The translations under genes and the position numbers were made by a program. Below the pieces are notes generated by a model. The model did no database searches. It worked only from the letters and a program-made list of their open reading frames with translations, and was not told the origin of the DNA. Source: a virus (taxonomy: Duplodnaviria > Heunggongvirae > Uroviricota > Caudoviricetes). From it: 12,317 bases of DNA. Location of the stretch: positions 1 through 12,317 of the IMG/VR virus record IMGVR_UViG_2802429246_000010; one strand, 5' to 3'. This document shows, piece after piece, positions 7,263 to 12,317 of the stretch; the first letter of the stretch is position 1, and every line of letters begins with the position of its first letter.

Positions 7263-7302
7263 ATGCCGGAAAATCTATTTTTTTCCGGCATCTTTTTGTT
7301 TG
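7263..7302 (+). terminator. strong hairpin plus T-tract (terminator-like, plus-strand orientation) upstream of the capsid gene
   Basis: 11-bp stem ATGCCGGAAAA (7263-7273) / TTTTCCGGCAT (7281-7291), 7-nt loop, then CTTTTTGTTTG. Orientation is antisense to the surrounding minus-strand genes, so its function is uncertain. Confidence 0.35.
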
Positions 7303-7375
7303 CAGAATTTAAAACGGTATATTATCGCCGTACGGATCATCATTCCCCGACTGTTGTTTTGCCCTGTTCAGTGCG

Positions 7376-7732
7376 TCAGTGGCCTGCCCCTGCTGGCCTT
7401 TTTTTGCCGCCCGGTCGCGCCGTTCGCGCACTGATTACGCTGTCTGCGATAACCTGCCAGCCCTGCCGCGTTTCGCCGTTCTGGCCTGTCCACTGGCTTA
7501 CCTGCATGTTACCCGCCACGCTCACCAGTTCGCCTTTGTGGTGTTTTGCCAGTGCGTCGGCCTGTCTGCCAAACGCCAGGACGGATAACCACATCGTCGC
7601 CGTTCCGTCATCTGCCTGGCTGCACGGAAGGGGGACCGCCATACTAGCCATCGCCATTTGTGTACCCTTGCTGGTGGTCTTTAACTGCGGGTCAGCCACC
7701 AGCCGTCCGTAAGCCGCTATCTGTGCTGTCAT
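7376..7732 (-). CDS. single-stranded-DNA-binding-like OB-fold protein (118 aa) with a basic C-terminal tail
   Basis: Pattern YGRLVADPQL...TMWLSVLAFGRQADALAKHHKGELVSVAGNMQVSQWTGQNGETRQGWQVIADSV parallels E. coli SSB (VGNLGQDPEV...[52 protein letters not shown]); GGAGAG RBS; ATGA start/stop overlap with the upstream gene. Confidence 0.5.
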   Translation of the reverse strand: MTAQIAAYGRLVADPQLKTTSKGTQMAMASMAVPLPCSQADDGTATMWLSVLAFGRQADALAKHHKGELVSVAGNMQVSQWTGQNGETRQGWQVIADSVISARTARPGGKKRPAGAGH

Positions 7733-7971
7733 GCTGTCTGCTCTCCGGTTTTAACGTTGATGGTTGTTACCTGTTCCGCTTCGGCAATCTCCCGTTCTGT
7801 CATCGTGGCAAAGTTTGCAGCTGCCGTTGTCATGAATGCGCTAATCAGTTCGGGATGTGCTTTCGCATATCCTTCCCCGGCGTTGCGGTCGATGATTTTT
7901 ATCGCCACTCTCAGCCAGTGCTCTGTAAGGTCAATAGCGCGGTAGTGTGGTTGTTTGCGGTTTGCCTTCAT
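7729..7971 (-). CDS. hypothetical protein (80 aa)
   Basis: ORF whose stop overlaps the start of the SSB-like gene (ATGA); coding-like composition; weak RBS; first gene after the iteron origin. Confidence 0.5.
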   Translation of the reverse strand: MKANRKQPHYRAIDLTEHWLRVAIKIIDRNAGEGYAKAHPELISAFMTTAAANFATMTEREIAEAEQVTTINVKTGEQTA

Positions 7972-8011
7972 AGTTCAGATCTCAATTTTTCGTATATATA
8001 TACAAAACAGT

Positions 8012-8334
8012 GCGGGTTATGCGGGTTAGCGGGTTAGCGGGTTATCTTCGCTTGCTAAGTATTTTTTATTCATTAATATCAATACATTACAAAATTAACT
8101 GTTTACTGTTTAGCCGTGGCGTAACCCGCAAAATGCTCAAAATAACCCGCAAACGGGGTTTTTTCTGCGGGTTACGCGTGGCTGTTTGCTGTCACTTCCT
8201 GTTATTCATCTGCGGGTTATAATCGCACTTTTGTGGGTTATAACTGCCGTTTTGCGGGTTACGTGCGGGTTATTGATTTCCTTTTTATTCATGCAGTTAA
8301 TGCACTTATACACAGAGTAACCCACATAACCCGC
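8012..8334. repeat. iteron-type replication origin: about 13 copies of GCGGGTTA (both orientations) flanking an AT-rich unwinding stretch
   Basis: Four tandem copies at 8012-8044; reverse copies TAACCCGC at 8122-8129, 8143-8150, 8327-8334; forward copies at 8167-8174, 8212-8219, 8254-8261, 8265-8272; variants GTGGGTTA (8233-8240) and TAACCCAC (8318-8325); AT-rich segment 8050-8110; located immediately downstream of the replication gene. Confidence 0.75.
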
Positions 8335-8357
8335 AACTTTTCACCTCACACAGGGGG

Positions 8358-10481
8358 TTAATCTTCTGCCTCAGGCTGGAACATCAGCACGTAAAAAACA
8401 TGCTGCTTCCCCCCAATTTTGCCGAGAGCCTTTTTCTTGTAACGGCGATCGTTACCCGCTTCCAGCATTCCGGCAGCACTCAACGCGCGGGCAAAGTGGG
8501 ACGGGTTAAATCCCTGTGCGATCTCCCCCTCAAACACATGAGGAAACGTGTAAAAACGGAACTCATCATCTTCATTTCTGATACTCCCCTTTCTGTATCC
8601 GGCAAGGTCTTTAATCGGTAAATCACGTTCATCACTGTTTGGGTAAGGAAGGTATCGACTGAACCCGAACGACGACAAAAACGCCTCAGCCTGTTCAACC
8701 ATCTGTTTAAATTCCCTGTTACCCGTGCCGAACTCCTTCACCCAGGCATTAAAGTTATGCTGTATTGCGTCCCGGCATTCCTGCGCGGCCCAGCCAGTTA
8801 CATGACCGGAAAGCACAAGCGCGGCCTCCAGTATGGCGAAACGCTCACCCACGCGGTGGACCTGCTCGCCGTAGCTCTCCGGTATCAGGTTGCGCCACCG
8901 TTCGCGGCATTCCCTTACCGTATCCTTTGCCTCCTGCTGGTGGCCTGCCAGCCATTTAACCCACTCACGACCCGCTGCCCCGTGATTTTCTGTCCAGGCA
9001 TCCTTTAACGCGTCTGCGTGCGCCTTTCCGGTGCTGTATTCGTGAAAGTGCGTGGCTTTTTCCATCGGAACGTTAAGCAGGCGGACAAGCTGCCCCGCTT
9101 TGACTTTTATCCCCTCCGTTTTGAGGAATGTCTCAACGTCCATTTCTCCGGTGCTGATTGCCACCGTGCGCCAGTGTTTTATCTCCCGGTTGCCGCCGTC
9201 CTTCGCCCCCTGTAATTTCCCGGAACCGTTAAACAACGTATAGGCTGACGTGGACACCTCCCGCGCGTTTCCGGCCTGGCCTATTTCATCCAGGGGTAAC
9301 AGCCCGTCGTTGTGCGCCTCTGCCTCGTTAGCGATACCTAACGCTGTGCCGTACCAGGTCAGCCGTTGTGCGTCCGGCTCTCCCCATAAACTTGATGCGA
9401 TGTTCTGCGTGGTGGTTTTCCCTGCCGATGACTGTTCGAAAAGATGTACCCCGAAGCCGTCAGCACCAACAAGGCCAATCAAAGGTGCTGCCAGTGACGT
9501 GGCAACACCCAGCATCATGGACGGATTGCCACCAGCCAGCCGCGCCACGCAGTCGCGCCAGCCCTCCGACGTACCCGCAACCGAATAGCCATTAACAGTG
9601 GCACTTTTTCCGGTAAACAGGATCGGTTTTTCAGAATCACCAATGATTGAGCCGTCCGGCATGATATACGCGCCAAAATGCCAGCCCGTTGTTGTGCTTA
9701 GCTGCCATTCCTCATGGCTTCCGCTTAACTGCATCCAGTCAGCCAGGATAGCCCTGTATTTGCCGTTTGTTGTCACGTTCAGCCCGTGATCTTTAAGCAA
9801 CCGCCAGCCGTCACGGTCGCCAATGCCACCACACGGGATCGCCATTGTGATGACTTCATGGTTTGCTAATTTTTTCCAGCGCATCACGCGGTAATGCTCT
9901 TTACCGATCGTCCCTGTTCCCAGTAGTTCAAGCGGAGAACATAACCACGTCTCAGGCCGGATAATTTCGCCTGACTGCTTATCCACTTTGGGCGTTACCC
10001 AGAAAACACCATCGACGCGACTTTCAACGCGGGGCTTTAATTCATCATCCTGATAGCATGGCTCTTTTTTCTTTACAGGCAGTTCAACTACCTTTTTCTT
10101 TTCCGCCTGCTCTGCCCGTTCACGTTCCAGATATTCACGCCAGTTCTCCCGTTTCTGGCTGTGCATTCCTTCAGGGTAATAATCAGCATCCCTGACACCT
10201 GCCGCTGCCAGTTTCTGCCCGATGGTATTAACAAGCCCCGGACGCAATAACCCCGCCTGATAGAGACGCACGCGATAGCGTCCGTCCGGTACGATTTGCA
10301 GGTTGTCCAGTTCGGCAAGTTGTTGCTCTCCAAGCCAGACAGGAGGCACGTTATCGCCAGCCAGTCGCCCGTCCTGTTCCTGCCACTGCTTCGCATGTGC
10401 CCACGCATCACTACCCGCAAAAATGATGACTTCCGTCATTTTGTCACGTGGCTGGTGTTTTAAATTTGGCGCTTTTTTCAT
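8358..10481 (-). CDS. replication initiator, primase/helicase-like P-loop NTPase (707 aa from ATG at 10481)
   Basis: Large ORF with Walker A-like SSAGKTT and Walker B-like LLPLDEIG motifs; GGAGAGAG RBS upstream of ATG at 10481; start overlaps the stop of the upstream gene (ATGA); cognate iterons immediately downstream. Family assignment is by context and motifs, not by confirmed homology. Confidence 0.8.
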   Translation of the reverse strand: MKKAPNLKHQPRDKMTEVIIFAGSDAWAHAKQWQEQDGRLAGDNVPPVWLGEQQLAELDNLQIVPDGRYRVRLYQAGLLRPGLVNTIGQKLAAAGVRDADYYPEGMHSQKRENWREYLERERAEQAEKKKVVELPVKKKEPCYQDDELKPRVESRVDGVFWVTPKVDKQSGEIIRPETWLCSPLELLGTGTIGKEHYRVMRWKKLANHEVITMAIPCGGIGDRDGWRLLKDHGLNVTTNGKYRAILADWMQLSGSHEEWQLSTTTGWHFGAYIMPDGSIIGDSEKPILFTGKSATVNGYSVAGTSEGWRDCVARLAGGNPSMMLGVATSLAAPLIGLVGADGFGVHLFEQSSAGKTTTQNIASSLWGEPDAQRLTWYGTALGIANEAEAHNDGLLPLDEIGQAGNAREVSTSAYTLFNGSGKLQGAKDGGNREIKHWRTVAISTGEMDVETFLKTEGIKVKAGQLVRLLNVPMEKATHFHEYSTGKAHADALKDAWTENHGAAGREWVKWLAGHQQEAKDTVRECRERWRNLIPESYGEQVHRVGERFAILEAALVLSGHVTGWAAQECRDAIQHNFNAWVKEFGTGNREFKQMVEQAEAFLSSFGFSRYLPYPNSDERDLPIKDLAGYRKGSIRNEDDEFRFYTFPHVFEGEIAQGFNPSHFARALSAAGMLEAGNDRRYKKKALGKIGGKQHVFYVLMFQPEAED

Positions 10482-10777
10482 TTCTGCTCTCTCCACGCGG
10501 CAATCATGTTTTTCAGTTCCTGTAGTTTTTTATCCACATTCACACGTGACACATGGTTATTTCTGGAAAGCGGGATTTCCCGCCTGAATCTGCTAATAAA
10601 GATCTCCACGTTCAGCGAACTATGAAATGAATAGCCATCACGAATAAAATACACACGGTCAAACATTATCGATTTTACTGTTACTCTGTTGCCGTTCTTA
10701 TCCCGATAAATAGCGCCGGGGATAATTTTGGGATGTGCATAACCGCTGGCAGTCAAGCCAGATAAATACGTTCTCAT
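10478..10777 (-). CDS. hypothetical protein (99 aa), translationally coupled to the replication gene
   Basis: ATG at 10777 with GGGGA upstream; stop overlaps the primase start codon. Confidence 0.55.
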   Translation of the reverse strand: MRTYLSGLTASGYAHPKIIPGAIYRDKNGNRVTVKSIMFDRVYFIRDGYSFHSSLNVEIFISRFRREIPLSRNNHVSRVNVDKKLQELKNMIAAWREQK

Positions 10778-10783
10778 GATTAT

Positions 10784-11104
10784 TTATCCCCGATTTGAAT
10801 CAGTATTCGCTTTCTTTATGGCATTTAATGCATCTGTGGCATTTTCAATGGTGCACCGTAACGAAATATCAAAATGTCCAAGCATTGCCAGTAACAAACC
10901 GATATTACCCATATCAATGCGCATGGCCTTTTCGTCATAGTCCTCATTTTCTGACGCATGCCACATCAGGCTACCAATTGACGCAACGGCCATTGATATA
11001 TTGTCAGTCGCCCCATCCGCAGCGGAATAAACCTTTTTAGCAATATCATGCTCACAGTTAAAATGCGGATTAATCAGGTACTGGTAATTTGACATATCAG
11101 GCAT
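10784..11104 (-). CDS. hypothetical protein (106 aa)
   Basis: ATG at 11104 with AGGGGG RBS 7 nt upstream; coding-like composition; start overlaps the end of the upstream small gene. Confidence 0.6.
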   Translation of the reverse strand: MPDMSNYQYLINPHFNCEHDIAKKVYSAADGATDNISMAVASIGSLMWHASENEDYDEKAMRIDMGNIGLLLAMLGHFDISLRCTIENATDALNAIKKANTDSNRG

Positions 11105-11300
11105 GGCACACCCCCTGACGAATACGGGCGGCGAATACCATCACGCAGCCAGCCGGGGATTGCTGGCGTGCTTCCTGTTCGCTGGTGGCCACGATGGTAA
11201 TCACACGCGGTTTTGCGGCGCTCAGGGCGATAAAACGCCAGGCGAATTTATTCAGGTTGTGCGAATCCCGCCCTTGCGGGTGTATGGTATGATTTCTCAT
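11097..11300 (-). CDS. small protein (67 aa), possibly Icd-like (P4-type host cell division inhibitor family); first gene of the leftward operon
   Basis: ATG at 11300 with GAGG 6 nt upstream; MRNHTIHPQGRDSHNLNKFAWRFIALSAAKPRVITIVATSEQEARQQSPAGCVMVFAARIRQGVCHA; the FAWRF...EAR...FAAR pattern recalls Icd-like proteins (from memory, unverified). It is the only coding-like stretch of the otherwise implausible 334-aa track ORF. Confidence 0.45.
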   Translation of the reverse strand: MRNHTIHPQGRDSHNLNKFAWRFIALSAAKPRVITIVATSEQEARQQSPAGCVMVFAARIRQGVCHA

Positions 11301-11337
11301 AGCTACCTCGATACTCTCGTTATCGTTGGTGGTTAGA

Positions 11338-11383
11338 AGCCCTGCGAGTGGTAACGACACTTGCGGGGCTTTGTTTTTTGTTG
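11338..11383 (+). terminator. hairpin plus T-tract (terminator-like, plus-strand orientation) in the divergent regulatory region
   Basis: 11-bp stem AGCCCTGCGAG (11338-11348) / CTTGCGGGGCT (11360-11370) with two G-U pairs, 11-nt loop, followed by TTGTTTTTTGTTG. Confidence 0.3.
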
Positions 11384-11396
11384 CACTTACTGTTAA

Positions 11397-11440
11397 TGTA
11401 CGTACGTAATATTGATGATAATAGGAGTTACGTACGTACA
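11397..11440. promoter_or_regulatory. twin operator: two copies of the self-complementary 10-mer TACGTACGTA (13-bp inverted repeats TGTACGTACGTAA / TTACGTACGTACA) 30 bp apart
   Basis: Copies at 11399-11408 and 11429-11438; the second lies between an AGGAG (11423-11427) and the ATG of the RHH gene; a TAATAT -10-like hexamer sits between the two copies. Confidence 0.5.
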
Positions 11441-11631
11441 TGTCAACATTAAAGCGGGATAAATCACCACGCGGCGAGGGATGGTCGCCGACATTCCAGA
11501 TACGAATTAGCAAAGAACTACGCCAGCAAGTAAACGAGGCAGCAACCGCCGATGGCCTAACCCTCGGCAATTGGTTTAAAGAATTAGCTCGTGCCGAACT
11601 AAAGCGACGTGGCATTGAACCTAAAGGCTGA
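11440..11631 (+). CDS. ribbon-helix-helix (CopG/Arc-like) DNA-binding regulator (63 aa)
   Basis: FQIRISKELRQQVNEAATADGLTLGNWFKELARAEL fits a beta-strand/helix/helix RHH pattern; the gene begins directly after the palindromic operators and is divergent from the replication operon. Confidence 0.55.
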   Translation: MSTLKRDKSPRGEGWSPTFQIRISKELRQQVNEAATADGLTLGNWFKELARAELKRRGIEPKG

Positions 11632-11634
11632 TGT

Positions 11635-11760
11635 ATGACTGAAAAGCAGACCGATAACAAACTTTCTCTACCAGAGAATAAACCAGCAGGCTTCTTACCA
11701 AGAAAAATCCTTGATGAGATCAAACGCCGCCAGCGGCGCAAGGCCAAAGAGCTGGAGTAA
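11635..11760 (+). CDS. small basic ORF (41 aa), not in the supplied track
   Basis: ATG 4 nt after the RHH stop with AAGG upstream; MTEKQTDNKLSLPENKPAGFLPRKILDEIKRRQRRKAKELE; plausible but too short to judge by composition. Confidence 0.3.
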   Translation: MTEKQTDNKLSLPENKPAGFLPRKILDEIKRRQRRKAKELE

Positions 11761-11817
11761 CCATCACCAGCGCCGTGGTGCGGTGAACTGTGGCGCACAG
11801 GGTTACAGGTATCTACG

Positions 11818-11997
11818 ATGACTGACAAATCATTAAAGAAATTATCCTCATCCAAGAAAAAACAACGCAAAAATGCGGTAAACGAACATGAACCGGAGAG
11901 ATTCGCACCATGTGCGTTTATCCTTGAGAAGTACCTTAAAGAGTATTCTAGGAAAATACGCTCATTGCAGGCATGGCAGCGAATCGAGCCAGACTGA
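11818..11997 (+). CDS. small basic ORF (59 aa), not in the supplied track
   Basis: ATG at 11818; MTDKSLKKLSSSKKKQRKNAVNEHEPERFAPCAFILEKYLKEYSRKIRSLQAWQRIEPD; N-terminus resembles the 41-aa ORF (MT-D/E-K); weak RBS. Confidence 0.25.
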   Translation: MTDKSLKKLSSSKKKQRKNAVNEHEPERFAPCAFILEKYLKEYSRKIRSLQAWQRIEPD

Positions 11998-12107
11998 TAG
12001 CATTGCCCACCAGCCAACAACCTGGTATTCTGGATATGCTCAAGTTTAGTGTTATGCCACTGGCGGCCCTCTGCGGTCGCCTTTGTTTTATGTGCCATCA
12101 CTCCCCC

Positions 12108-12317
12108 TTACACCGTCTGCGTTCTGCGAGTGGATGCAAGATAAGCATCGAGATCAGTGCGCATATACAGCACTTTGCGCCCCAGCTTATGGAAAGGGAT
12201 TTTTACCTTGCCAGTACAGGCCCAGTTCGCCAGCGTTTGATTGTTAACGCCAAGGTAGGCAGCAGCTTCAGCACGTGTAAGGCGGTCAGTTGATAAATCA
12301 GATTTCTTTAAATTCAT
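12108..12317 (-). CDS. excisionase/AlpA-family HTH DNA-binding protein (69 aa; start codon at the window edge, so it may extend upstream)
   Basis: LTRAEAAAYLGVNNQTLANW...GKVKIPFHKLGRKVLYMRTDLDAYLA matches the excisionase-type HTH pattern; position and orientation suggest an int-alpA-type pair with an integrase beyond the window edge. Confidence 0.7.
   Translation of the reverse strand: MNLKKSDLSTDRLTRAEAAAYLGVNNQTLANWACTGKVKIPFHKLGRKVLYMRTDLDAYLASTRRTQTV

Noticed and set aside
7173-8037. Plus-strand track ORFs (7173..7712, 7222..7434, 7379..7588, 7660..8037, 7757..7945) antisense to the SSB-like and 80-aa genes
   Set aside because: Typical antisense ORFs in a GC-rich coding region, with C/R/P-rich low-complexity translations; the minus-strand genes have RBSs and recognisable folds.
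8012-8334. Possible CRISPR array
   Set aside because: Repeats are only 8 bp, occur in both orientations with irregular spacing and lie next to a replication gene; this is an iteron origin.
8400-10587. Numerous plus-strand ORFs antisense to the replication gene
   Set aside because: Same antisense artefact; P/R/A-rich translations without start-site support.
11097-12101. 334-aa minus-strand track ORF
   Set aside because: Composition is non-coding-like (rich in R/S/C/H, no domain pattern) and it runs antisense across the better-supported RHH gene and operator region; only its last 67 codons (11097-11300), which have their own RBS, look like a real gene.
11973-12293. 106-aa plus-strand ORF antisense to the AlpA-family gene
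   Set aside because: It overlaps the well-supported HTH gene on the opposite strand and has a low-complexity translation with no RBS.

Overview
This window looks like horizontally acquired DNA at a tRNA-Ile-type attachment site, with two parts separated by a 47-nt tRNA 3' fragment (3958-4004). All protein and motif similarities below are from my reading and recall of the sequence, not from a database search. LEFT (1-3957): an AT-rich 543-aa ORF of unknown function, a converging 198-aa unknown gene, and a P4-type tyrosine integrase (2445-3761, minus) whose start faces the tRNA fragment across a region with tandem GGGTCAGGTAA repeats. RIGHT (4005-12317): a compact minus-strand module with the architecture of a phage satellite (PICI/P4-like logic) that carries lambda-derived head and packaging parts. 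In transcription order (right to left) it holds an AlpA/excisionase-family gene at the window edge, a divergent ribbon-helix-helix gene behind twin TACGTACGTA operators, three small translationally coupled genes, a 707-aa primase/helicase-like replication protein, an origin of about 13 GCGGGTTA iterons, a small unknown gene, an SSB-like gene, a lambda gpE-like major capsid gene, a gpD-like decoration gene, a second AlpA-family gene, a lambda-type cos site (cosN 12-mer identical to lambda, flanking cosB-side sequence diverged) and a Nu1-like small terminase. No large terminase, portal, protease/scaffold or tail genes are present in the window. Between the Nu1-like stop and the tRNA fragment lies about 550 bp of non-coding DNA dense in hairpins, including a perfect 20-bp palindrome. 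I read the right-hand part as a lambda-parasitizing, cos-packaged satellite that encodes its own capsid, decoration and TerS homologs; this is the main candidate for a novel system, and the integrase-proximal cargo genes are a second.
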